Below, piece after piece: positions 14,298 to 27,117 of a stretch of 64,000 nucleotides of DNA. The stretch is from Rhizophagus irregularis. Taxonomy: Eukaryota. Both the position numbers and the translations under genes were made by a program. The first letter of the stretch is position 1. Each line of letters begins with the position of its first letter. The stretch is from NCBI RefSeq assembly GCF_026210795.1, contig NC_089430.1:5890001-5954000 (forward strand). The letters are read 5' to 3'. The notes under the pieces are model-generated. The model saw only the letters and a program-made list of their open reading frames with translations, was not told where the DNA came from and ran no database searches.

Positions 14298-15733
14298 TTC
14301 TCTTGGCTCTTCACGGAAATTTCAATCGAGTATGTATCAAGTTTAGAATAAATAACTTATTACAAATATTTTTGTTACAACGTAGACAAAAAGAAAGCAC
14401 TAACCTTGATTTTAACAACTACATGGAGATTTGATTTAGGAGGATCTCATTCTCTGGTAAATGGAATAAAATAACTATTTTTTGTTGGCACAAATCACAG
14501 AGTAACCCTAATTACATATGCACCGGAACTTATTAAATGAAACGCAAAAAAAGCATAAATGTGAACCTCCGTGTAATGGACACCGACATGATATAGTGAG
14601 AGTTTAAGATATTGAAGACGATTAAAATTTTATTCAATTCTTTGTTAATTAAGAATAACAAGTATCGTTACATCAGTTATTGATTGATATAATACAATGC
14701 GCCATATATTCGATAACTTATTGATGACAGTTCACTATCTTGTTTGAATAAGACTCAATATTTTGTCTAGCTTTTGATCCAAATCGTTTTTCATCTCATT
14801 GATTTGTGATTTAAGCCCATTAATCTCTTCTATAACTTGTCCCATTTCTGAACTTAATAGATGATATGTTTCTAATTCTACACAATTTTGTATGCCATAC
14901 TGCTTGGGTTGCCCAATTTTTCCATACATAGCATCTTAAAACGTGGCTTTTTAACTTGCGAAATATATGATTTTTTTCTATTTTAATTAGAGCTATAGCA
15001 AAGAATGATAGTTAATTGATGATGCCCGCGAAAAAAAATTGTATTGTATGTCCGTATAAGGAAGGATAAATTATGGCAAAGTGAAAAAAAAATTGTTGAA
15101 TCCTCGTTGTTACGTTAATCTGTAAGGTGCCGCTGGCAAAAACACACTTGCCTATTAACTTTTGCATATTGTCATCACTGCATTAGATATTATATAATGT
15201 ACTATTATCAGAAATACAATTTTGTAATATATGACTTTTCAAAAATTATATGAAAATAAGCAAATGAAAAATATGACATTAGCAAAAATTGTCATTAATT
15301 TTACGTAAATCCAATCTCTAACTGTGGCTAAAACAGCATGTGACTAAGCAAATGAATGAAATGATATCGTTACCTATACATATATTGCTCGGGTCCTATG
15401 TTTACGGTTTTGCTTTGATTTTCCCCTGCAGATAAAATTTGTTACTTGGTGACATATAGAAATTATCATTAAAAAAATTCGTCTCTTTATGGTTAGCACA
15501 TTTAAAAATCATATGTTTTATATTTTAATGGATACAATTAGTGACCATCTGAGGTCAATAACAAAATTTAGAACAATATTTGTATTATTGTATTTGGTAA
15601 TACTTCTTGAACAAAATCGCTAAAATGCATCATCCTTCGAACATTCTGTGTAAGCAACAATTTCTTATTTAATAATTACTTCCATTTTTTCGTCGTTTGG
15701 TGAATCAACGATATTTTTCAACTTAAACCAAAC

Positions 15734-17697
15734 ATGGTAGATAATATGTAAGAAACTAAAAAAAACCTAAAAAAAAAGAGATTTCATTTTTTTTTATTTT
15801 TAAGTTACTTATAATATTTACTTATCTTTAAATCCTCCATTGGTTGCTAACGCACCTGTAATACTCTTAGTTGGAAAAACAGGTTTGCACTCATGTAATG
15901 TCTTTCTTCCCAATCATATCGGGTTTTTTTTAATTGGAAACATACTGTACATTTATTGTAAGGTGCTGGTGAAAGCACATTGGGAAATTTATTGTTGAAA
16001 ACCTCCGAAAACCCAACTTTCCCTGTTTCTGATAACTTTGTAAGTAAAAAATAAATGACCACGATCTAAGTACTTACAATATTAGTTACAGTATCTAACT
16101 CTCGAAAGTGAATAGTCATCACTTACTAAAAAATCTCGGTCTGCGAATTACAAAATTGGTGACTAAATTTATAATATTATCGATACGCCAGGAATTTTGA
16201 TACTGACGGCCTCACCGAAAATACCTTAGAAGAAATCGCTCAAACCATCCAAAAATGTACTCATGGGATTAAGGCCATATTATTTGTGCTTGGTAAGTGA
16301 AAATACAATTAGTGATTACGATCCATGTTAGAAAAATATATTGAATAAAGATGTTTATAGAAGCTAAACGGTTCACGAATGAACAAAAGGAAACGATAGA
16401 CAAAATAAAATGTTTCTCGGGAATGAGTCTCTTCAATATATGATTTCTATCTTTTCGCATTGTAACAAAAAGCAGACTGAAAATCCAGACCATCTTAAAA
16501 ATTCTTCTTGGAATAAAACAATTAAGGCTTTCGTCAATTCTGTGGGTAGTCGGTGGGCTATTTCTCCGAACCCTGATATGTTCCCGTCCGATAGTCTTGT
16601 GCATCAACAACGCCTCAAGGAAATACATGAACATATCATTTCTATGGATGGAATTTATACAACAGCAATTCTCGAGAATGTCCGGAGAGAGCAAGAAAAA
16701 AATGCAAGAATTGCGAGAGAAGCAGAAGAGAACCTACGAAAAGAATATGAAGAACTTAAAAGGAGAGAAGGTGAAGCTATTGCAAAAGCGAAATTTGAAG
16801 AGCTGAAGGCCGAAGATGAGAAAAAGGCAAAAGAAAAATGTGAAGAGGAAATAAAAAACCTAAAAAAGCAAGTAAATGAACTTTCTAGTGGTGGTTGTTT
16901 CGGACTTGAAACACAAGTCAAGCTTGAATCGGGAAGAATTATTCAAATGTCAGAGCTTCAAACAGGGGATCGAGTGTTATCAAACATAAGAAATGGTATT
17001 GCCGAATACTCAGATGTTTATCTTATTGCTCATATTGGTAAACTCGAACATGAAGAGGAGTTTGCTAAAGTCAGCTTTACCAGACCGGATGGATCTAAAG
17101 GCATTTTTTTTTTGTTTTGAGATAATTTACTATAACAAATAAATTATTCATTTTTATCATCTATTTATATATTTTCTTTAGGTCAATTACGGCTTACAAC
17201 TACTCACTATGTCTTTGACGAACATTTATCAATTATGTTTGCCAAAGATCTGCGTTCTGGGGAAACGAAGATTTTGATATCAGATGATAACAATAAGCTG
17301 GTTTCGATCTTCGTGGATGATGTAACAATCGTGAGTTTAATCTATATTTAAAGGTTTTATTAATATTGTAAAATTACTTAAATTACCTTGATATTTTAAA
17401 CAGGAATTACATGATAAATACATTAGTTTCTACACACGAGCCGGGTCAGTTATCGCCAATGGTGTACTTTGTTCCTGTTATGACCAATGCCCACCATCTC
17501 AAATGTTCATGAATCTGGTTTTTTTACCAGTTCGTTGGTGGACTTATGTTATACCAAGTACACATCGTGAAGAACGACTTTATCCATATGTTCAATTCTT
17601 AGAGACGGTTTATCTTTCGTTTAGAAATGCTTTGAAAGAGGCAAACAATTTATTGAGAACTAGATCAAGATTGAGCAGGTCAGTATTTTGCAAATAA
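15734..17697 (+). pseudogene. GIN1: GIN1-like AIG1/GIMAP GTPase - coiled coil - Hedgehog-type Hint (Hog) domain gene, decayed
   Basis: Spliced ILLVGKTG|AGESTLGN, IIDTPG and RFTNEQK (AIG1 motifs). GG/CF Hint start at 16896, LTTTH block B, GSVIANGVLCSCY, and an SRR-like FLPVRWW tail. Lesions: P-loop K>E (15971), TAA at 16164, 1-nt shifts near 16196 and 16408, GC donor at 17101. Confidence 0.85.
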
Positions 17698-17938
17698 ATT
17701 TAGCACATGAAGATCTGATGATTATTTAGCATATCAAAATTGCTCAATAATGATATTTTGATTAAAAGAATATATCTATTAATAGTGAAATAAAAGTCGT
17801 ATTGATTTAGTTTATTATTAATAATAAGAAATTACGTAACTTCAGCGGGAAAATTTTATCCCGTCGTAAATAAAAGATAAATATAGTACTACCTCTATTG
17901 TCAATTATTTTTGTCCTGCTAACCCACACCATATTTAT

Positions 17939-19992
17939 ATATTATTGTATAGGGGAGGAGCAATATCACTTATTTTAGTATAGGTCAATGTATGATTGGT
18001 TTTAATTTTGCCACGTCAGTGGCAAAATTAGTAACCAATCATACATTGACCTATAAAATAAGTGATGTTGCCCCCCTGTACAATAATATTATTATCGTTT
18101 GGAACTGACCATAACATTTAAAAGCTTAAAAAAGTTTATTTAAAAGTTTAATTTTTTACTGTTTATATTGAAAAAATGATTTACAAATTGTGCTTTTTTC
18201 TCTTGCTGACTCTTTAGTATTTTTATAATAACGCCACCACAAAAATCTCAAAATAAAAGTAAAAAAGTAATATTTATTTGTATTCATTCAGTTAATATTT
18301 TATTTTATTTTTTTTTTTGCATTTTATTAAAGATTTTTTTTAGAATAAAAAAACTTTCACATATGTGGCCCCTACTGAAGAAGAAATAAAAAGTATGCAA
18401 ACAGCAGCTCGTGGCAAAGCTACACATAATTCTACAAGTACTTGGATTAATGCACTTGAAACTTTTCGTAAGGATATTGGATTACCTGGAAAAATAGATG
18501 ATGTGAATTCTAAAGAAGAGTTAGAGCATCAACTTGTTTTATTTTTTGTTTCATGTAAGCAGCAAAATGGAGCTGAATATTCAGTACAATCAATAAAATC
18601 AGCAAGATTTGCTATTGCACGACATATCAACACATATTCTAAAATTCGTCCACAAGAAATTACAAATAAAAATATATATTCTGAATTATATAACGCAATT
18701 ACTGGCAAGATCAAACTTTTAACTGATCAGGGATTAGGTGAAATACATGGTGCAGATGCTTTTACTCAAGATGAGATTAGGAAAATTATTAATCATCCCA
18801 CAATGCAACCAGATTCACCAAAAGGACTTATACGACGCATATTTTGGCATAATGCTTTTGAATTAGCTCTTCGAGGTGGAGAGCATTATAATCTAAAAAT
18901 ACAACAATTTAAAAAAAGAAAGGATGGTGGTATTGACGTTACATTTTATAGATCTAAGTGTAATCAGAGATCTTTAAGTGAATCTAATTCTAAAGCTGAA
19001 GTAATTTCAATACCTGCTGATAATGCTGTTATTCAAGATTATGAGCTTTATTTTAGTAAAAGACCACCAATTTGTGAAGATGCATTTTACTTGCAACCTT
19101 GCAACAATAATGAAGGTAATTATTTATCATGTAGTAATTTATTATTTTTTTTTACCTTTCTTTTAATTTCAAATAGTTGAGTTTACGGGTTATTGGTTCA
19201 AATCTGCTCAAATGGGAGAAAAATTGGTAAAAGGACTTATGAAAGAAATTGCAACAATAACTGAAATCGATTGTGATAAAAGAAAGTTCACAAATCATAG
19301 TGGACGAAAAACCTTTATTCAAATTTCAAAAAGTGAAGGAATTAGTGATAATGATGTGATGTCTGTGTCACGGCATAAAAATCCTCACTCTTTGGCTTAT
19401 TATGAACGTCCTAAGTCTATATTGCAACAAAATACATTATCGCAAATTAATTCTTTAATTTATAATGGTAAGAAAAGAATTGCACCTGTGGTTTTAATGT
19501 AAAAGTAATATACAATATATTTATTATTTTTCTTTTCATTAGATACATTATTGTCAAATGACAAAACTGCAAATTCTTTTTCTTCAGCCTTAGAAACTTT
19601 TAATGGTAAGATTTAACTTATGAACTAATAATTCTTATGGTATAAAAAATTTAATTTTTTTTTAGAATCACGGTCACCACTTCAGCAGCTCAACTCAAAC
19701 GATTTAAACGAATTAAATGATGATCAACAAAATCAAGAAATTAACGGAAATGATGAGACCATTAAAAAAATTCTCCATGGGAATGTTTTTCAGAATTGTA
19801 ATATTACATTCAATGTGAATAAATGATTTTTATACGAATTTTATTATATGTACACTTATAAATAGCTTATTTTAATAATATAAAGTATAAATAGCTTATA
19901 TAAAGTATAAATGGTTTATTATGATATTATAAAGTATAAATAAAATATCTAAAAATATAGTATGTTATGATCATATGTACCCGAACGATAAT
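17939..19992 (+). mobile_element. Crypton-like tyrosine-recombinase element 2
   Basis: ~150-bp palindrome at 17939-18089 centred on gccac-gtca-gtggc, followed at once by attatcgtttggaactgaccataacat (18091-18117). That sequence is imperfectly inverted at ~19962-19992 and the pair encloses a YR gene. Confidence 0.8.
18231..19826 (+). CDS. Tyrosine recombinase (Crypton/DUF3504-like), 5 predicted exons, start codon uncertain
   Basis: ALRGGEH, RSKCNQ, NHSGRKT, SRHKN, AYYER (R-K-HxxR-H-Y set complete) and C-terminal GNVFQNCNITFNV. Introns splice in frame. The predicted first exon begins with ACG (18231) rather than ATG. Confidence 0.85.
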
Positions 19993-21206
19993 TATTAATA
20001 AATGAATAATACTTATTCGGCAATTTATTTCAATTTAATTCACTTATTCGTAATAATTAAATAAAACTCATGTTATGCAATTTATTGATTATTTTCTATA
20101 TTAATATAATTTTTAATCAAACCCCATTTTTATATATTCATTTAAAAAAAAAAGTGGAGACAATTGTGACATGTAACCAAATCAGGTTATAAAACAAGTT
20201 TTAATTCATAGGATAATCCGGTGAAAATCTTTAGCTTGTTTTTATTTTGCTTTAACTAAATCAATTATGTCAATCATGGAAACATTATTATTCCATATAT
20301 GGTTTATCACTTTTTCCTTCAATGCTTTGAAACTTATCTATAAATGTATAAATCTAAAAGCTATAAGCCGGTTAATTAACAGGATTTAGTTGTATTGAAT
20401 ATTTTATTTGAATATTAAAAAAAGAACAAAATTCCGATTCTCCGCGATCAAAAAACATAACTTTTGTTTATTTTTGATCGCCATTTGTTTTTTACTTATT
20501 ATTTTTTATAACAAGTTAGTTCTTGTTCTATAACAAGTTACTTTTGTTGTCCTTAGAACAACCTTCTGACTTTCACGGTACGTCGCTACGCTATTTATTT
20601 TAACAATGGTCTTGTTTCCTATTTATATTGCCGCCTTTGAACCAAAATAATTTTTTAGCTTTCCTATTTTCATTTATTAAAGTAAATATTAATGAATTTT
20701 CTTATCAATAAAATTAAAAATGGCAAACGATCACTTAATGATACAAGAAAAAAGCTAACCAAATCATTACGTACTAGAAATGAAGTATGTGAAAAATGTA
20801 AACGAATTGATTGTAATGCAAAAGTTTCAACAAAATTTTAAAAATTGGACAAGTGGTAACGATATTATTGATAAATTTATTCAAGATACTCAACTATCAG
20901 CTCATTCTAACTATGAAGCACCAAGAGCATTAGAATGGATACCTTATGATAAATTTGCTAATATTAAATATGTTGCAAAAGGCGGATTTGGTAAAGTGTA
21001 TAAAGCAAATTGGATTGATGGATGTATGGATAATAAATGGAATATTAAAAATCAAAATTGGAGAAGAATACGTCAAAATATGTTTGTGGCGCTGAAAAGT
21101 TTAAATAATTCGAAAGACGTTACATCAGAATTTATGAATGAGGTATAATTACTAGTAATTTAATAAAAATTTTTGAAATTTTTTTTTTTTTATTAATCCT
21201 TACTAA

Positions 21207-21942
21207 TGTCACGGGATATTTTTTTCTTATTTTTATTTTTTATTTTTATTGTTTTTATTTTTATTTTATTCTATTTTTATCTTTTTATTATTTTAGTTAT
21301 ATTACTTGTAGTCGTTTTTAGTTGTTTAAACATTAGATAAAAAGCGGAAGCTTAGCGATATAAAATGGCTGAATATAAGTGGCTGTATAGACAGATGACA
21401 ATTGGCCGGGAAACGATATTGGCCGGGAGACGATTATGTCCGAAGGACAGAATCGTCCTAAAAATTTAATGTTATATAAAGGACCGGTGTTGAAAGATAG
21501 AATAGTTCAGTTTAGATTCGTCTAGTTTTATTGTTATAAGATAGATATCGGGATATTACAGAGCGCCGGTTGAGGCAGTAATATCGTATTCTTTTTATTA
21601 ATGAATAAACTTGTCGATTTGCTTCCGAATTATTGATACATATTTTATTACATTGTTTATTATCATCTTATTATCATTTATTAACAATTATTAATTTTTG
21701 TTATACATCGTTGATTTACTATATACACTTATAATTAATTGATATTATAAACATACTATCCGATTTACCCCTAATCCATTATATCATTTATTATCGCTTA
21801 TAATCGTTCAGTATCGACTGTTGATATATACACGTTTACCTTACCAATTGTTATATATCGCCATATTACCTTACCACTCACATACCGATCCTTATTCTTC
21901 TTTCTGTTACTACCTACCAAACGTCATAAATCGGTGGCAACA
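21207..21942. mobile_element. Solo LTR (736 bp) in kinase intron 1
   Basis: TG...CA ends (tgtcac...gcaaca), CTAA duplicated at 21203-21206 and 21943-21946. Absent from the ~87-bp paralogous intron starting at 26091. Confidence 0.75.
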
Positions 21943-22823
21943 CTAATATAATATACATCTATATAGATTATGTCACATCATAAAATAAGAGATCCTTTTT
22001 CCATTATTAAATTTTATGGTATAACTCAAGATCCAAAAACCAAAGATTACATGATGGTTTTGGATTATGCAAAAGATGGAAATTTACGAGATGTCCTACC
22101 AGATACAAGCGCAAGCGGATGGGAATATAAACTTTATTACTTTTACTGTATTTCATTGGGACTTGAACACATTCATGATATGGGTTTAATTCATAGAGAT
22201 TTACATACTGGCAATATACTAGTAGGTCATCTTGTTTATATAACTGATTTGGGATTATGCAAACCCGCAAATTATAAAAAGTCAAAAAAAAATGCAAAGA
22301 CATACGGTATTATACCTTATATGGCTCCTGAAATTTTAAGAAGACAAGATTATACGAAAGCTGCTGACATATATAGTTTTGGTATAATTATGTATGAAAT
22401 AATTTCAGGATTACGCCCATATCACAATGTATGCCATGACGAAAATTTAACAATACAAATTTGTAATGGACTTAGACCAAGATTTAATATTAAAGTACCT
22501 CAATTAATTGTGGATTTAATTAAAAGATGCTTAGATGCAGATCCATCAAATCGACCAATGATGGAAGAAATTAGAAAAATTACTTGTCATTGGTTGTATG
22601 AATATATACATACTTTTGATAAACCAACAGAATTTCAAAAGCAGATGAAAGAAGTAGAAGAAACCAATAAATTATCAGCCGGTAGCATACCTTCAACTAG
22701 TGAAATACATCCGGGAGCTATTTATACCAGTAGATTACTTAATTTTAATAATCTTCCTGAACCAAAAAATTCCGATGATTATTATAATAACTATGATAAT
22801 ATATCAAACATGGAATATTCAGG

Positions 22824-23921
22824 TAGTGCTTCGACCCGGATGAAAACCGTCATCCGGATTACACAAAAAAAAAATCCGGATTATATCCGGATTGACCCGG
22901 ATTTTGAATCCGGATCAGATAATCCGGATAGAAACCGGAAACCGGATTGGATTTACAAATGATCGGCAATAATTCTGGCCAGAATTCATAACGCCGGCCA
23001 GAATTACAAATTGTGTAACATTAAATTTTCATGCCAGCCGATAAAAAATTTTTTGCCCGGTGGCTAAACTATTTTCCCGGTGTCACGTGATGTTAATTTC
23101 GGCCAGAATTACAAATTTGGCCAAAATTATCCAAGACCACGAAATTTACATAATTCCAATTTCATTAAATACTTTTCTTTAAAACAATTTCATATTATTT
23201 CAGCATTGTCTCAGACTATTGTTTAACATTTCTTTGTAAATTAACTAATTATGAAATTTTAAACAAGATATTTTTATATACAGCTAAAGATTACTATAAA
23301 TAGATGTGTTGGGTTAGTAAGGCAATTTTTTAAGGATTTGTTTCTTCTTTCAAAAATTAAAGAATCATTTGAATCAAATTACATAACACTAGTTTTAATT
23401 TTAAAAAAAGTTGTTATAATTATATAAATTTATAATATTGAACAATTTTTCATTTTAAAACAATAATTATTATTTTGTTGTAACAAAAATAATATAAAGT
23501 TTTTTTTCTTTTGAACGTTTGAATGTGAAATCTAAAATTATTTGTTATTTGTTAATGTATAAATTTAAATAAACAAATCTGATACAAACTTCAATAAATA
23601 AATTATAATTGAAAAATCTTCTTAAACTTACTGTATTAAAAAGTTTAATAACAAATATAAATTTAATAAATTTTAATAAAAAAATTGGTATTAGGCGCAA
23701 AAATAATTAGCCATAATATCATTTAGATATAGATCTTTATGGATCAGCAAAATTATTATTAATAAAAAAAAAAATAATAAAAATTTCATCCGGATTCCGG
23801 GTCAAACCGGATATTTTTCATCCGGTTTATAATCCGGATGAAAACCGTGAAAATCCGGATATCCGAAAAAAAAAAAAATCCGGATCAATCCGGATTGATC
23901 CGGATACGGGTCGAGGCACTA
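22824..23921. mobile_element. Non-autonomous hAT-like element (1098 bp)
   Basis: 15-bp TIRs TAGTGCTTCGACCCG / CGGGTCGAGGCACTA (14/15 match), perfect 8-bp TSD TATTCAGG (22816-22823, 23922-23929), many subterminal ATCCGGAT repeats. The empty site is present in the paralog (~27021-27028). Confidence 0.93.
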
Positions 23922-25637
23922 TATTCAGGTATTAATTGATAAATTTGTAAAAAAAAATTTTTTTTTTTTAATAGAAAAATACTAATAAATTTTAATAATT
24001 AAATAGGTTCCTTACAAATTGATTTAAGTAATAAAGATGGTGAATTTTTTTATTTTGTATTTTTAAGCTTGTTTTTTATATTCATATTCAATGTATTAAT
24101 TTTTTTTGTTATTAGGTCGTTCTAAAGGATCTTAAGAATCTAAAGATAAGAAAAAGTCTAGTAGTTCAACGAAATTTATACTTTAACGTGACTATTTATC
24201 ATTTTTTTTTTTTTTTTTTTTTGACTTCTCAAAAAATATTCCTTTTTTCATTATCACAATTAAAATTTACATATAATAGCTTTTACCGGAAGGATTATGA
24301 TGAGATGGTCCTAGAATTCCTAATAACATTAACCTCGGTCGGATGGTATTTTTTCCTGCAAGGTCAAAATAGGCGCGGATAGTTAATCAAGAAGAGATAT
24401 CGAATAGATATATGTTATTAAATTTATTTATTACACGTAAACAGATAAAATAGATGATGAAAGAGTGAAAATGATGATTAAAAAATGTAAAGGGACGAAA
24501 TAGACGATGAGGGAGTGACATACTTATTCAATTTTACATTTTATATATTTAAATATTTGTCGATTAAATAAATTAACCATATTAAATTTTTAAACTAAAT
24601 ACGTTTATATTATCTGTTATTATTATTGATTATTCTCCTTAATTAATAAAAATTTTAATGAGTCGTGATATATAAATTTTTATTGAATCGCTATTCTCAT
24701 AATAGAGTTCTATCCGTTATCCGTTAAATATCTGTATCAGTAATTCGGACAATTTTATAGTGCTGGCCAGAATAATTTGATTTTTTTCCTTTTCGAAAAT
24801 TATTTACACAATCTCTTAAAAAGGAAATTTTCGTGCGTCAGAAAAAACAGGTTTTAATATCAGACGATAAATTTGGTACTTATTTTAATAATATTAGAAT
24901 GACTTATATTAATTATATAAATTTTTACACTAAATCTATTTATAAAATAATTCAATGACAATATTTTTAATTAAAAATAACAAATATTGAAATTTGATAA
25001 AAGATTATATTCTGTGACCATCCTCTGACGAGACTGACCACAAGACATAAAATGAAAGATAAAATATAATTTTTTAGGAAAGAATCCTTTGTCCATATTT
25101 TTTGCTTACTAAACTACTACTGTATTTATTGCCAATGAACAATAAATGGATTATACATATTCGTTAAGCTATTTCCATGAAGTCAGAATCACCAATCAAT
25201 TTTCTCTTTGATATTTACTTACTAATCCAAATCAAGTTATAATACATGTTTATTCGCAGGATATTCCGATAAAAAGATTTGAATCTACAAATAACTGCGT
25301 TTTGTCCTATATTTATTTATAGGATTAATCAGTATATTTATATTTTTTAAAGATTTTCATTCATAATGAATATTATGTCTTGAGCCATTTGGAATATATC
25401 CGCCATGTCAAATATGGTTAATTTCCATTTTCGATTTTGAAGCCTAGTATAAATATAAAAGCAAACCGGTTAATTAACCGGATCGACTTTGATCGTCACA
25501 GAAATGTAATATCTATATATAAAACGATAGTCCCGATTTTATATTATATTATAACACGTTTCTTAGAATAACGTATTGTTTTATATTTTCATTGCTTTTA
25601 AACTTTTTAATTTTATTATTTTATTTATAAAGTCTTA

Positions 25638-27117
25638 ATGGGTTCTTTTATCAAGAAGATTAAAAATGTTAAACGAAAACTTATTAATGCAAGAAAAAAG
25701 CTAACAAAATCATCACGTATTAAAAATGAAATATGTGAAGAATGTAAACGTATTGATTGTAATGCGAAGAGGTTTCAACAAAATTTTAAAAATTGGACAA
25801 GTGGTAATGATATTATTGATAATTTCATTCAAGGTACTCAGTTATCAGCACATTCAAATTATGAAGCACCAAGAGCATTAGAATGGATACCTTATGATAA
25901 ATTTACTAATATTAAATATGTTGCAAAAGGCGGATTTGGTAAAGTGTATAAAGCAAATTGGATTGATGGATGTATGGATAATAAATGGAATATTAAAAAT
26001 CACAACTGGAGAAGAATACGTCAAGATATGTTTGTGGCTCTTAAAAGCTTAAATAATTCGAAAGACGTTACAACAGAATTTATGAAAGAGGTAAAATTAA
26101 TTTATGTTCAAAAAAATTTGATAATTTATATATTAATACTATATATTTGTATTATTTTTATTGTTTTTTTATAATAGGTTATGGTACATCATAAAATAAG
26201 AGATACTTTTTCCATTATTAAGTTTTATGGTATAACTCAAGATCCGGAAACGAAAGATTATATGATGGTTTTGGATTATGCAAAGGAGGGAAATTTACGA
26301 AATTGTTTATCGGATACAAGTACAAGTGGTTGGGAATATAAATTTTATTATTTATATAGTATTACATTGGGACTTGAACATATTCATGATATGGATTTAA
26401 TTCATCGAGATTTACATACTTGCAATATATTAGTAGGACATCTTATTTATGTAACTGATATGGGATTATGTAAACCCGCAAATTATAATCCATCAGAAAA
26501 GCACGTATATGGCGTTACACCTTTTATAGCACCCGAAATTTTAAGAGGACAAGATTATACGAAAGCTGCTGACATATATAGTTTTGGTATAATTATGTAT
26601 GAAATAATTTCAGGATTACCCCCACATCACAATGTATGCCATGACGAAAATTTAAAAATCCAAATTTGTAATGGACTTAGACCAAGATTTAATATCAAAG
26701 TACCTAAATTAATTGTGGATTTAATTAAAAGATGCTTAGATGCAGATCCATTAAATCGACCAACGATAGAAGAAATTAGAAAAATTACCTGTTATTGGTT
26801 GTATGAATATATACATACTTTTGATGAACCAACAGAATTTCAAAAGCAAATGAAAGAAGCAGAAGAAATCAATAAGTTATCAGCCGGTAGCATACCTTCA
26901 ACTAGTGAAATACATCCGGGAGCTATTTATACCAGTAGATTACTTAATTTTAATAATCTTCCTGAACCAAAAAATTCTGATGATTATTATAATAACTATG
27001 ATAATATATCAAACATGGAATATTCAGGTACTAATTGATAATTTTGTAAAAATTAAAAAAAAAAAATATTAACGAATTTTAATTGCTTTAGATTCCTTAC
27101 AAATTGATTGTCTTTAA
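25638..27117 (+). CDS. TKL-type protein kinase, tandem copy 2 (appears intact)
   Basis: WTSGNDIID / LEWIPYDKF N-terminal motif, GGFGKVY, VALK, HRDLHTCN, DMGL, APE, DIYSFG. Introns at ~26091-26177 and ~27028-27091. Confidence 0.88.

Larger units (their letters stand above)
20692..24135 (+). pseudogene. TKL-type protein kinase, tandem copy 1 (frameshifted, two TE insertions)
   Basis: GGFGKVY, VALK, HRDLHTGN, DLGL and APE motifs. ATG 20692 is homologous to ATG 25638 of copy 2, but a 2-nt deletion near 20820 shifts the frame. Solo LTR in intron 1 and hAT-like element at the intron 2 donor. Confidence 0.8.

Noticed and set aside
13534..14929. Short - strand ORFs (13534-13728, 14735-14929) as genes
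   Set aside because: Protein-like fragments without a start, splice path or recognisable family. Probably pseudogene debris.
16896..17490. Hint domain as a mobile intein with a homing endonuclease
   Set aside because: No endonuclease insert and no C-terminal His-Asn plus Cys/Ser/Thr splice junction. It ends in Hedgehog-type SCY plus an SRR-like tail.
22824..22962. C-terminal extension of the 330-aa kinase ORF (SASTRMKTV...DWIYK) as a real domain
   Set aside because: It is read-through into the hAT-like element's subterminal ATCCGG repeats. The paralog splices at this point.
22836..23910. ATCCGGAT repeat clusters as a CRISPR-like or satellite array
   Set aside because: Short, irregularly spaced and confined to both ends of a TIR/TSD-bounded element, so they are best read as subterminal transposase-binding repeats.
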